A stretch of DNA of 64,000 nt, from positions 1 through 64,000 of IMG/VR virus record IMGVR_UViG_3300050821_001592. One strand, written 5' to 3'. The translations under genes were made by a program, and so were the position numbers. Source of the DNA: a virus. Under the pieces are notes generated by a model. It saw only the letters and a list, made by a program, of their open reading frames with translations. It had not been told where the DNA came from and made no database searches. Each line of letters begins with the position of its first letter. Positions within the stretch are counted from its first letter, which is position 1. Below are positions 1-8,748 of the stretch, one piece after another.

Positions 1-262
1 TCTTTGGCAATGCTCAGGTCAGTGGCAAGGCTTGGGTCTTTGGCGAGGCTCAAGTCTCTGGCAATGCTCTAGTCTATGGCAATGCTTGGGTCTCTGGCAA
101 TGCTCAGGTCTTGGACGGGGCTCAAGTTTATGGCAATGCTTGGGTCTCTGGCAAGGCTATGGTTTATGGCATTGCTCTGGTCTCTGGTGATGCTCGGGTC
201 TTTGGCGATGCTTGGGTCTTTGGCGAGGCTCGGGTCTCGGGCCATGCTTGGGTCTTTGGCAA
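1..262 (+). repeat. Degenerate 18-bp coding tandem repeat
   Basis: Units such as GTCTTTGGCAATGCTTGG and GTCTCTGGCAATGCTCAG encode the hexapeptide repeats. Confidence 0.9.
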
Positions 263-473
263 TTCTTGGGAACGGTCTCCGCTCTACCTTCAAGGTACCC
301 GTCATGCAGCCACGAACTGCAAACGGGGGTATATATCCATCGGGTGTCAAACACACCCCTTCGAACATTGGAAAAATCATGTCGAAGAAATAGCCCGAGA
401 CCACGGATATTCGGAAGCTGAAACACGGGAGTACCGGGGCATCGTTGATTTTATGATTAAGTTCGGAAGGTAG
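3..473 (+). CDS. Hexapeptide-repeat (left-handed beta-helix-like) phage protein, 5' truncated by the window edge
   Basis: Frame open from nt 3: FGNAQVSGKAWVFGEAQVSGNALVYGNAWV..., about 14 V-x-G-x-A-x repeats, then a C-terminal ISIGCQTH...W domain. Confidence 0.8.
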   Translation, partial: FGNAQVSGKAWVFGEAQVSGNALVYGNAWVSGNAQVLDGAQVYGNAWVSGKAMVYGIALVSGDARVFGDAWVFGEARVSGHAWVFGNSWERSPLYLQGTRHAATNCKRGYISIGCQTHPFEHWKNHVEEIARDHGYSEAETREYRGIVDFMIKFGR

Positions 474-480
474 GTTTAAA

Positions 481-720
481 ATGAAACTACATGAACTCAA
501 AACGGCAACTCTGGGTTTGAAATTGCCCGACCTCAACCACATCAACGACATGGGGAAGCTCGCGTTCCGTATGGGGTTTGACCGTTGCGCGAACCCCCAC
601 AAAATTGGACGGGGGCACGACTCGTGGGTCAAAGGCTGGGACCATGCCAAGCGGGCATGGGAAGACCTCTTGAGACGTAACGGGGCTGATGGAAAGCGAG
701 TACTCCTATGGATGAGTTAA
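481..720 (+). CDS. Rmf/CrpP-fold small protein
   Basis: GKLAFRMGFDRCANPH-x8-WVKGW has the same spacing as RMF GYQAGIAGRSKEMCPY-x8-WLGGW. Confidence 0.6.
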   Translation: MKLHELKTATLGLKLPDLNHINDMGKLAFRMGFDRCANPHKIGRGHDSWVKGWDHAKRAWEDLLRRNGADGKRVLLWMS

Positions 721-884
721 TGAAAGTCTGTTCGCTCTGCGAGGGTTCTTTGCAAATCGGTTTTGGGCCTGATAAGGGCGAACGCTGTGACTACTGCATT
801 GATGGCTATTGTCTAACGACTAACGGTGAGGTTTTCGCAATGCTCATCAAGCGGTACGTCTTTGAACCGGAGTCATCATGTTAG
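720..884 (+). CDS. Small DnaJ-type Zn-finger protein (54 aa, not in ORF track)
   Basis: MKVCSLCEGS...CDYCIDG; ATG overlaps the previous stop (TAATG). Confidence 0.65.
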   Translation: MKVCSLCEGSLQIGFGPDKGERCDYCIDGYCLTTNGEVFAMLIKRYVFEPESSC

Positions 885-949
885 GGTGTTTGTGTTTCAT
901 AGCCGTAATTCTCGGCATTGCACTAGCGAACAAAAGAAAGAGGAGATAA
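878..949 (+). CDS. 23-aa membrane micropeptide
   Basis: MLGCLCFIAVILGIALANKRKRR; coupled by TAATG to the next gene. Confidence 0.45.
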   Translation: MLGCLCFIAVILGIALANKRKRR

Positions 950-1161
950 TGCTCTGTATTCTGGACTACGCGCACCAAGACGACGTGTTTCCATTAGCTC
1001 GAAAATCGGGGCTCGACGCCGTACGAGTCGTCAGTATTGATGAACCCGCACGACAAGCCCGCCATTTGAACTACATTGAAGAAAACATCGCCCTTAGTCG
1101 CGGCGGCATTAAAGCCGTCAAAGCTCTGTGGGAACAACGGACGGTGGAGTCCTCTCTATGA
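949..1161 (+). CDS. Hypothetical protein
   Basis: AGGAG RBS before ATG at 949. Confidence 0.6.
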   Translation: MLCILDYAHQDDVFPLARKSGLDAVRVVSIDEPARQARHLNYIEENIALSRGGIKAVKALWEQRTVESSL

Positions 1162-1370
1162 AGCTCGCCATCGCGGAGTGCATGTTTCCCGAATTGAAGG
1201 GCCCGTCCATATATAAAACCGGAAGAGGCGAAGCTACAACGCCGAAGGCGGCGATATCTCGGGCAATCGGACACGCGCTCAAGCAGGTCAAGGGCAGGCG
1301 ATGGACTACCGTGAGAGCGACAATATCGGTCGTAGAAGTAAAACTTGACAGCGGCTTGAAGCTGGAGTAA
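1158..1370 (+). CDS. Hypothetical protein
   Basis: GGAG RBS and ATGA overlap. Confidence 0.6.
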   Translation: MKLAIAECMFPELKGPSIYKTGRGEATTPKAAISRAIGHALKQVKGRRWTTVRATISVVEVKLDSGLKLE

Positions 1371-1373
1371 TAT
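1345..1373 (+). promoter_or_regulatory. Sigma70-type promoter, probably giving a leaderless mRNA for the ORF at 1380
   Basis: TTGACA-17 bp-TAATAT; ATG starts 7 nt after the last base of the -10 box. Confidence 0.6.
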
Positions 1374-1379
1374 CGATAC

Positions 1380-1763
1380 ATGGGAATATTCAAATATCCG
1401 CAATATGCCGATGATTGGGGTTTTCTCAACCATAGGTGTCTTCCTACGAATGTCGATGGGTTGACTTACCATCTCGTTGAGCGAAAAGCCCGATTTTTGT
1501 TGCTGGAAGTCAAACGAAACTCCGAAGACATGTCCACCGGACAGAGAATCATGCTGTCGGCCTTGGCGCGGATACCACAATTCACCGTTATTCTGCTCCA
1601 CAGCCGTCTCGCCGTATCGGACGATAAGAACGGACGGGCCGTCATCCCGAATTATTACCACAAGATGGGCACCGATGGAGAGCTTGGGTCTATCGTAATG
1701 ACAACCCCCGAGGACTTCCGTGGCAGATACGTCGGTTGGTTTTTAGGAAAAGATACATTCTAG
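1380..1763 (+). CDS. Small PD-(D/E)xK-type nuclease
   Basis: NVDG...LLLEVKR motif followed by a helix (STGQRIMLSAL). Confidence 0.55.
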   Translation: MGIFKYPQYADDWGFLNHRCLPTNVDGLTYHLVERKARFLLLEVKRNSEDMSTGQRIMLSALARIPQFTVILLHSRLAVSDDKNGRAVIPNYYHKMGTDGELGSIVMTTPEDFRGRYVGWFLGKDTF

Positions 1764-1770
1764 GAGTCCT

Positions 1771-2877
1771 GTGGGTATCGTAATCAAGAAATATCCAGAT
1801 ATGACCACCCCGACCCCTGCCTACGGGGGAAGGGTTCATACCTGCTTCAGTCCTAGAGCGTGGAAGCACTTCCTCTATGACGCGGGCGAACTAGAGGAAC
1901 TCTCCGGCGTCACGGGGGTTCTTAAGAAAGCAGTCGATAAAAGTCAACCGCTCATCCGTTGGGCCGTGAAACTCGCACTCGCCCGTGCTCGGGAAAAGGT
2001 GCTCGCTCAAGGCCTCGGCCCAGACGGGTCTATCCAGCTATTCGTCGAAGAGTTAGACCGTATCTTGTTCGATGCTAAACGGGCGGATACTGATGCATTG
2101 GAAGACGCGGGGGATGTCGGACATCAAGCACACGACTTCATCGACCGGGTGTGCAAAGCGATTATATCCCGAGATGGAAGACGGCTCGAAGAGCTGTTTT
2201 CATGTTTTCCCGAAGACGAGAGAGCGGAGAATGGCGCGATTGCTGCACTGACGTTTCTCGTACGGCATAACGTCCGTATCGTAAAATCAGAATTTCGGGC
2301 TCTCTCCCTCGAACACAAATGTTGCGGTACCGGAGATATGCTTGCGCTCGTGGACTCCTGCGACGACCGTGGGTGTTGTGTTGAGCCTTTTGCTGACAGG
2401 TTGAGCTACTGCGATTGGAAGACCTCCGGCGGGCTGTATGTGACTTATCTGTGGCAGGGGAGTTTGTACGTCGCAGCGACGGAAGAAGAGTTTCCAGAGC
2501 TTGGGCCGATAGTTGACCGTTGGATACTTCGTCTCGACAAAGAAGACGCGAGCTTCGACCCGTGGCACGCCGCTGGGAGGGAAGCGCAAGCGGAAGACCT
2601 CCGGGGGTTCTTATGTTGTCTCAATCTATGTAGGGCGCTAGACGCAACCCAAAAGCGAATTGACGAGATGTTAGATGTAAAAAAAGAGATTCGGGCTGAA
2701 GCGAAGGCTCTTGACAAACTGGCTCGCGATAAAATAGAATGCCCCAAGGCTAAAGGATATCGAGGGGTGCGGAGAAGTAAGTGTCTACCCGGCGGTTCGC
2801 AATGTCAAGCGTGTAAGAAAATTTGGGAGGATAGCCATGCGTCTTATTCTGCTGAGCGACACCCACAGTCTTCATAA
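1771..2877 (+). CDS. PD-(D/E)xK exonuclease (RecB/Cas4-like)
   Basis: GHQAH, SEF, GTGDML, DWKTS and QGSLY motifs; C-terminal Cys cluster. Confidence 0.8.
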   Translation: MGIVIKKYPDMTTPTPAYGGRVHTCFSPRAWKHFLYDAGELEELSGVTGVLKKAVDKSQPLIRWAVKLALARAREKVLAQGLGPDGSIQLFVEELDRILFDAKRADTDALEDAGDVGHQAHDFIDRVCKAIISRDGRRLEELFSCFPEDERAENGAIAALTFLVRHNVRIVKSEFRALSLEHKCCGTGDMLALVDSCDDRGCCVEPFADRLSYCDWKTSGGLYVTYLWQGSLYVAATEEEFPELGPIVDRWILRLDKEDASFDPWHAAGREAQAEDLRGFLCCLNLCRALDATQKRIDEMLDVKKEIRAEAKALDKLARDKIECPKAKGYRGVRRSKCLPGGSQCQACKKIWEDSHASYSAERHPQSS

Positions 2878-3460
2878 AAACATGACGCACCCCATCCCCG
2901 ATGGGGATGTCTTAGTGCATTGCGGCGATTTCACTGGTGTAGGGGAACTTCGGGATGTTCTCGGGTTCAATGATTGGCTCGGGGGTCTCCCCCACGAGCA
3001 CAAAGTGGTTATCGCGGGTAATCACGAGAGAGGTTGGACGCAGGGGAATCTCGAAGGCGTCCTAACTAACGCGACATACCTCCAAGATTCTTTGATTAAT
3101 ATTCGCGGGGTGAATTTCTACGGCTCTCCATGGACGCCGAATTTTGGGTGGGGCTGGGCGTTTAATGCTAGACGCGGAGAAGAAATTAGGGGGCATTGGG
3201 GTCGTATACCAAGGGGACAGGTGGATGTCCTCATAACCCACGGCCCGCCGATGGGTATTCTAGACAGGGTCGGGTTTGAATCTGTAGGCTGCGCGGACCT
3301 CCGAACCCGAGTCGCCGACGTTGCGCCAACGCTACACGTTTTCGGGCACCTCCACGAGGGTTACGGTCAGACCAAAATTGGACAAACAACATACGTAAAT
3401 GCCGCGATTTGCAACGAAATGTACGAGCCTATTAACGCGCCGATTGTGTTAGATATATAA
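2837..3460 (+). CDS. Calcineurin-like metallophosphoesterase (MPPED-like)
   Basis: SDTH, HCGD, AGNHE, THGPP, FGHLHE. Confidence 0.92.
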   Translation: MRLILLSDTHSLHKNMTHPIPDGDVLVHCGDFTGVGELRDVLGFNDWLGGLPHEHKVVIAGNHERGWTQGNLEGVLTNATYLQDSLINIRGVNFYGSPWTPNFGWGWAFNARRGEEIRGHWGRIPRGQVDVLITHGPPMGILDRVGFESVGCADLRTRVADVAPTLHVFGHLHEGYGQTKIGQTTYVNAAICNEMYEPINAPIVLDI

Positions 3461-3469
3461 TCTTTTCTC

Positions 3470-3499
3470 TTGACTTTCCTAGTACTGAAGTGCTAGAAT
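3470..3499 (+). promoter_or_regulatory. Sigma70-type promoter with extended -10
   Basis: TTGACT-18 bp-TAGAAT with TG at the extended position, intergenic. Confidence 0.6.
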
Positions 3500-3551
3500 C
3501 ATAAAAGTGGGGGAAACAGGCTCGACGTACTTGTAAAAAATTGCAGGGGGT

Positions 3552-3857
3552 GTGATGCAAATTCCTAGACTTGGATGGATTAACGGCAAGACTTTCCGAC
3601 ACTCGGGCAACTCTAAGAAGAACCGCTCGGGATTAAAGCCCGAACATACCGCTGCTCAGGTCGAGAACGGTCTGGGGCGATTAGCCTCAAAAGAATTTGA
3701 TGTTCGTATCGGCATTACCCCGCCGGGGGTTGTGAAGCAGGATATCGAATTCACACAACCCATTGTTCCCTCTATCGGACAATTTGCCGACCGCAACCCG
3801 GAGCAAGGTGCCGCAATTGACCATTCGATTGCCACAGGTGAGGGCTTATTCGCATGA
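3552..3857 (+). CDS. Hypothetical protein
   Basis: AGGGGG RBS; ATGA overlap with the RNA ligase gene. Confidence 0.6.
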   Translation: MMQIPRLGWINGKTFRHSGNSKKNRSGLKPEHTAAQVENGLGRLASKEFDVRIGITPPGVVKQDIEFTQPIVPSIGQFADRNPEQGAAIDHSIATGEGLFA

Positions 3858-5086
3858 ACTTTTTTACGTATATCGGCCTTACCCCGGAGGAGTTCAACGA
3901 GAAGTATGTCAACGCGGGCCTCATCACGGTCAACACCCACGATGAGTTCCCCTTGAATATCTATAACTATTCGCGTAAGTGTGTTCAAGAACAGATTTGG
4001 GATGAAGTGACGAGCAAGTGTCGCGGGATTATCGTTCACTGCACTACCGGGGAGGTCATCGCTCGACCGTTTGAGAAGTTCCATAATTACGGGGCGCTCG
4101 TCGGGGCCTATGCAGGAGCCGGGGGTCCACAAGCTAAAGGTGCGACGGGTGAACCTGTCATCTGGGAAAAGATGGACGGGTTTATGTGTACTCTTTATAT
4201 TTGGGAGGGCGTGAATTACTTAGCATCCAAGGGCTCATTTCATTCGACGCACGCGAAGTGGGCAACTGCGTGGTACAATAAGGCATTCCCAAAAGATGGA
4301 CCCTCGCCCGCGTGGCCTCAGGGCTGGACACCTGTATTCGAAGGGATTATGCCTGATTTGCGTATCGTGGTGAATTATGGCACGAGAAACCAACTAGTGC
4401 TGCTCGCTCTGGTAAACAACGAGACGGGCGAAGAGTACGGACCCGATGCTTTAGGCGCTTTAGGTATGGAATTTAACCTCGATACGCCGAAGCTATTCGA
4501 TATGACGTTAGAACAGGCACGACAAAAAACTTTGCAAGAGATGCCTAACCCCGATAGGTTGGATGAGGGTTTTGTGTTGACGTGGTATCGTAAAGGCCAG
4601 ACGCCGTTTAGACTGAAGATGAAATTCGTTGAGTATCTCAGGCTACATCGGTTAGTGACCAACGTTTCTCCGAAGCATATCTGGGATGTGATGTCGCAGA
4701 ATCAGACTATCGAGATGAATGAGTACTTGACGAATTCGACACCGTGGTTTAAGAAATTCGTCGAGAAGTGGCAGCGGGCTTTGAAGAGCGAGTACATCCG
4801 TCTTGAAGGTCAAGCGATTGCCCGATTCTTCGAAGAGAAGACGGCGGTAGATAAGAAATTCTTGGACGCTATGGCGAATGTTACTCTCGCAGGCGGCACG
4901 CCGTATGTAGACATGGGCGGGCTTCGCAAGGAATACGCTCTCGCGTTCACTAAGCCCGAGAACGAAGAATTTTCAAGCATAATGTTCGCATTGCTCGATA
5001 AGAAGGACATTCGCCCTATCATCTGGAGACAGGTTAAGCCGATGACGAAAAATGCAAGGCCCCTTGTTAATGGCTTCGCCTATTAA
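3854..5086 (+). CDS. rnl1: T4 Rnl1-family RNA ligase
   Basis: KCRGII, ARPFEKFHN, adenylation motif EKMDG, SKGSF, FE, EGFV, KMK. Confidence 0.9.
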   Translation: MNFFTYIGLTPEEFNEKYVNAGLITVNTHDEFPLNIYNYSRKCVQEQIWDEVTSKCRGIIVHCTTGEVIARPFEKFHNYGALVGAYAGAGGPQAKGATGEPVIWEKMDGFMCTLYIWEGVNYLASKGSFHSTHAKWATAWYNKAFPKDGPSPAWPQGWTPVFEGIMPDLRIVVNYGTRNQLVLLALVNNETGEEYGPDALGALGMEFNLDTPKLFDMTLEQARQKTLQEMPNPDRLDEGFVLTWYRKGQTPFRLKMKFVEYLRLHRLVTNVSPKHIWDVMSQNQTIEMNEYLTNSTPWFKKFVEKWQRALKSEYIRLEGQAIARFFEEKTAVDKKFLDAMANVTLAGGTPYVDMGGLRKEYALAFTKPENEEFSSIMFALLDKKDIRPIIWRQVKPMTKNARPLVNGFAY

Positions 5087-5099
5087 AACTGGAGGAAAC

Positions 5100-5447
5100 A
5101 TGACAGCCAAAAAGCAAAGCACTACTCGTGGTACCGAGAAGGACTTCAACACCCGGACGTCTTTGAAGCAGAAGTTCCAAGACTATCGTACTAACGCAAT
5201 GTCGTATATATCCACGTTGCGCTTCCCGAAAACTTCGCCCGCTTTCTACATCAAGGGCTATGACGTTACACCGACGGGCAAGAAACCGAACGCCCTGTCC
5301 GCGCCGGAATTACTCGCTATCGTCAGTACTGCTGCAAAGCTCGGCAAAACCGTAACGGTCACCGTGTCGGGTTCGGGCGAGGCTGCTCAGGTCGAATTCC
5401 ATTTCGTGGATTCCACACCCGCAATTCCGTCTGCGCTGTATTTCTAG
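5100..5447 (+). CDS. Hypothetical protein
   Basis: GGAGG RBS before ATG at 5100. Confidence 0.7.
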   Translation: MTAKKQSTTRGTEKDFNTRTSLKQKFQDYRTNAMSYISTLRFPKTSPAFYIKGYDVTPTGKKPNALSAPELLAIVSTAAKLGKTVTVTVSGSGEAAQVEFHFVDSTPAIPSALYF

Positions 5448-5455
5448 GAGAGACC

Positions 5456-5653
5456 ATGACGTTGCATGCCGCTGCTAAAGCTTTTTATGGATGCCGTTTC
5501 ATGGAGAAGCTCCTCGAAACTGTGGGCGACGACGCTGTGTCCCGTAAAGTAATATCCGAGACATACCTCGACCGGGGGCTGGAGTCTATCGTAGAGAACG
5601 CAGGCGTTCAAGCCGGATTGGAACTGCGTAAGAGAATACTAGGAGGAAGCTAG
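5456..5653 (+). CDS. Hypothetical protein
   Basis: AGGAG RBS. Confidence 0.6.
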   Translation: MTLHAAAKAFYGCRFMEKLLETVGDDAVSRKVISETYLDRGLESIVENAGVQAGLELRKRILGGS

Positions 5654-5773
5654 AAATGGCGTTTCGGGCTGGCAACCAACCAAGTCCGAACAGCAGAATA
5701 ATAAGCGCCGATTCGGGGGTGCTCGTTTTAGAGACCCACAAACGGGTCGATTTGATATTCAAGGGGACGCAAT

Positions 5774-6229
5774 ATGAAAAAAGATGTTCTAGCGGGCGGA
5801 TACGCCCGAACCGCGCAATTTATCGGAGGCGTCGGAGACGACGATTTCTCTCGCAATCTATCCACGGAACCGCGTAATGAATTCACGCCAGAACCCACAG
5901 TCGCACCTAAGCGCAAGACCTTTCGGCCTGCTGGGGATGTTCTCCTCATCCGTCGGGTTGAGGCCAAACTAGGCAGTGGTATTCTCGAACTGGCTGATTC
6001 GGTCGAAAAGGAACAACCCGTGGAGGGCGTCATTCTGAACGTGGGTCCGAAGGTCACAACCTTTGAAATCGGCCAAACAGTCGCATTCGGTAAGTACTCG
6101 GGTCAATTGTTTAAGCTCAACGGCGAAGAGCTTCTGCTTGCTAAGGAAGACGAAATGTTGGGCACGATTGAGAATGCGCTTGACAACGAGTCTGAAGTAG
6201 GCGATGATTCACCTTCAGGATGTCTCTAG
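5774..6229 (+). CDS. groES: GroES co-chaperonin with N-terminal extension
   Basis: FRPAGDVLLIRR...SGILEL...EGVILNVGP...GQTVAFGKYSG...NGEELLLAKEDEMLG. Confidence 0.9.
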   Translation: MKKDVLAGGYARTAQFIGGVGDDDFSRNLSTEPRNEFTPEPTVAPKRKTFRPAGDVLLIRRVEAKLGSGILELADSVEKEQPVEGVILNVGPKVTTFEIGQTVAFGKYSGQLFKLNGEELLLAKEDEMLGTIENALDNESEVGDDSPSGCL

Positions 6230-6237
6230 GAGCAATC

Positions 6238-6906
6238 ATGAGTGATGAACAGGCCATTGTCGGGGAAGTTGAAGCGGGTCGCGCAGCGAAGATTAAGCGC
6301 GAAATCAATAGGTTAATCAAGGGTGTTAGCTCATCTTCGTTTGACCTCGCCGATTTGCTGTATGAAGTCAAGAGCAAGAATTTTCACTCCGAGTGGGGCT
6401 TTACCTCATTCTCGAAATATCTCAAAAGTCTGGCTGAGTTGGGCATGAAGTACAGTAAGTGTTATTATCTGTATCGCGTGACCGAGAACGGCGCGGATTC
6501 GGGGCTGACCCGCGCTGAATACGAACCTATCGGATTGACTAAACTGCGTATCATTACGCAATTGAAATCCGCTGGTGAATTCAACGGCGTGCCGATGTCT
6601 ATGGTTATTCGCGAGCTGACTCTCAAGGCGGCTACGATGACACCCGAGGAAGTACAGTTCGAAGTCGACACCATTAAGGGCTTGACGGATGATGAATCGA
6701 TGGTCTGGATTAACTTCAAGGTCAAGAAATTGGCCCGTGAAAATGTCATCAAGCCCGCGATTGCGCTCATGAAGAAACAGTGTCCCGAGTCTCAGCTCGT
6801 TGACGAAGATGGTAGTGTTACAGAGATGAGCGACGGCGCGGCTCTGGAGATGATGGCTGCTAACCTGATGGCTGACCCGAATTATAACGTCGAAGAGCCC
6901 CAATAG
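6238..6906 (+). CDS. Hypothetical protein, possibly DNA-binding
   Basis: AGGAG RBS; LYEVKSKNFHSEWGFTSFSKY motif; frame continues past TAG to 6990. Confidence 0.7.
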   Translation: MSDEQAIVGEVEAGRAAKIKREINRLIKGVSSSSFDLADLLYEVKSKNFHSEWGFTSFSKYLKSLAELGMKYSKCYYLYRVTENGADSGLTRAEYEPIGLTKLRIITQLKSAGEFNGVPMSMVIRELTLKAATMTPEEVQFEVDTIKGLTDDESMVWINFKVKKLARENVIKPAIALMKKQCPESQLVDEDGSVTEMSDGAALEMMAANLMADPNYNVEEPQ

Positions 6907-6999
6907 CCCCTTGAGGCAACTTCTGCGGGCTCAGAAACCTCTATCGAAGATGCGGGCTTACCCGACGGGGATACCGTCGATAACGACTAAGGAGGAATT

Positions 7000-7182
7000 A
7001 TGACACAAACACGTAAGCTGTGGGCGGTAGTTATGGAGCACGACCGTTTCACCACCCTGTGGATTTTAGCCCCTACGGCTGTAAGAGCCGCCGAAAAAGC
7101 GATTCGTTTTTGTACGAAAGATGGGGTTTATCACCCGGTGGTTAGAGAAGTGAAATCCCACGGTACGATTGACGTTTTCTAA
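7000..7182 (+). CDS. Hypothetical protein
   Basis: AAGGAGG RBS. Confidence 0.7.
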   Translation: MTQTRKLWAVVMEHDRFTTLWILAPTAVRAAEKAIRFCTKDGVYHPVVREVKSHGTIDVF

Positions 7183-7207
7183 ATTCCGTTAGGTTACAGA
7201 GGTTTGC

Positions 7208-7414
7208 ATGTTAAAGAATAAACGGTGTCAAGCGGGACATGCTAAGCGTGGTGGGGGATGGATTTTATTCTTCCGTCCGTCGGATGAAAAGCAATACAGA
7301 CAATGTCTTAACATAGGCAGCGTCAAGGTTAACAATGAGGATTATACCCCTGAGAGGGGTGTTGACGCTGTTATTTCATTATGTGCTGAATGCAACCGTA
7401 CTTCATTGGGGTGA
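7208..7414 (+). CDS. Small Cys-containing hypothetical protein
   Basis: GAGG RBS; C-terminal CxxC. Confidence 0.55.
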   Translation: MLKNKRCQAGHAKRGGGWILFFRPSDEKQYRQCLNIGSVKVNNEDYTPERGVDAVISLCAECNRTSLG

Positions 7415-7439
7415 GTTTGCACGTTGAGGGGGTCTATGA

Positions 7440-8696
7440 ATGATTCGACAATTGGACGAGACGAAGACGAGTCCGAAGGGCGACGAACTCGCTCTCAAAT
7501 TCAAGAACCGTATTGTAGGCCAACCGAAAGCATTCGAGGCTTTGTCTCGGGTTTTGGAGAAGTATCACAGCGGGATTTATGACCGAAAACGCCCGATTGC
7601 CAGTTTGTTGTTTTTAGGCCCGACGGGGGTCGGTAAGACGGGTTCTGTCGAAGCGTTTGTCGAGGGATTGTTCGGCGACGTTCGTAAGCTCATGAAGGTC
7701 GACTGTGCAGAATTCCAACATAGTCACGAAATTGCGAAGCTCCAAGGGTCGCCCCCCGGATATCTCGGCCATCGTGAGACGCACCCGTTCTTCACAAATA
7801 AGTCCATTCGAGAAGGGTTTTGTACATATACCAAGACGGTCGGTGGGGACGTAGAGTCCGGTCAGATTGACCCCGCTTTTCGGGTCATCCTGTTCGACGA
7901 GATTGAAAAAGCAAATGACTCCCTGTGGAATCTCTTACTCGGCATACTAGACCGAGGGACGATGACTACGGGCATGAATGAGGTGGTTGATTTCTCCCCG
8001 ACTGTCATCATCATGACGAGCAATGTGGGCTCAGCGGAACTCGCAGTCAAGGCAGGCAACGCGGGGCTCGGGTTCGTCAGACCCGACGGCACGGAATTCG
8101 ATTATGACACAATGAAAGGGGTCGCATTGTCCGCAGCGCGGCATAAGTTCACCCCTGAGTTCTTAAATCGTCTAGATGACAGCATCGTATTTCGGTCTCT
8201 CACACCCGAAGACCTCGCTCCGATTCTGAAGATTGAACTCGACAAGTTGCGTTCTCAAATTGTGTTAACAAGCCGTACGCTCTTTGACCTCGCGGTTGCC
8301 CCTGCCGCGCTCGCACAGATTACTGCGGAGGGCTATGACAAGCGGTATAACGCTCGCAACCTTCGACGAGTCTTAGAGAAGTATGTATCTTTCCCGCTAG
8401 CCCGCTTGGTGGGTACGAAACAGATTTGGGACAACGATATCGTCGTCGTGGACTACGTCGAAGGGGTATGGAAATACTTTGCCAAAACCGAAACTAAGTC
8501 GAGCGACAGCCAACCGGGTCTTTCGAAGAGATGGGTACCGTTGTCGACACTGCCAAAGCCAGATGGGACTCCACCCCCACCACGTAGTCTTTCGCAGTCA
8601 GATGGGTGGGCACGATTTGACGAATTTAATAAGCCTCTGCTGGAAGTGTCACCGACGGGTACACGACGGGGAGATTTGGATAGAAGTCGTACGTGA
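7440..8696 (+). CDS. Single-domain ClpA/B/C NBD2-type AAA+ ATPase
   Basis: Walker A GPTGVGKT, pore loop PPGYLG, Walker B ILFDEIEKA, MTSNVG, PEFLNRLD, ARNLRR, LGF loop. Confidence 0.9.
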   Translation: MIRQLDETKTSPKGDELALKFKNRIVGQPKAFEALSRVLEKYHSGIYDRKRPIASLLFLGPTGVGKTGSVEAFVEGLFGDVRKLMKVDCAEFQHSHEIAKLQGSPPGYLGHRETHPFFTNKSIREGFCTYTKTVGGDVESGQIDPAFRVILFDEIEKANDSLWNLLLGILDRGTMTTGMNEVVDFSPTVIIMTSNVGSAELAVKAGNAGLGFVRPDGTEFDYDTMKGVALSAARHKFTPEFLNRLDDSIVFRSLTPEDLAPILKIELDKLRSQIVLTSRTLFDLAVAPAALAQITAEGYDKRYNARNLRRVLEKYVSFPLARLVGTKQIWDNDIVVVDYVEGVWKYFAKTETKSSDSQPGLSKRWVPLSTLPKPDGTPPPPRSLSQSDGWARFDEFNKPLLEVSPTGTRRGDLDRSRT

Positions 8697-8748
8697 GTTA
8701 GTAAATGATTTAGTTGTTAACTTCAGACCCCGAGGATGGAAATCATGA
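8479..8748 (+). CDS. HNH endonuclease overlapping the AAA 3' end
   Basis: RDGYRCRHC...HHVVFRSQMGG...NLISLCWKCH. Confidence 0.8.
   Translation: MPKPKLSRATANRVFRRDGYRCRHCQSQMGLHPHHVVFRSQMGGHDLTNLISLCWKCHRRVHDGEIWIEVVRELVNDLVVNFRPRGWKS

Noticed and set aside
1-262. Tandem repeats as a CRISPR array or DGR
   Set aside because: They are contiguous 18-bp coding repeats with no spacers, and no cas or reverse transcriptase gene was seen
3508-3850. GGGGGAAACAGGCTCGACG resembles a tmRNA 5' end
   Set aside because: No matching T-arm or CCA 3' end was found, and the region holds a plausible RBS-led ORF
5656-5877. 73-aa ORF overlapping groES
   Set aside because: It has an RBS, but its Arg-rich tail is an alternate-frame read of groES; left uncalled as uncertain
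6904-6906. Genome-wide TAG recoding
   Set aside because: Many other genes end in TAG immediately followed by the next RBS or start, and conserved genes are not split by TAG
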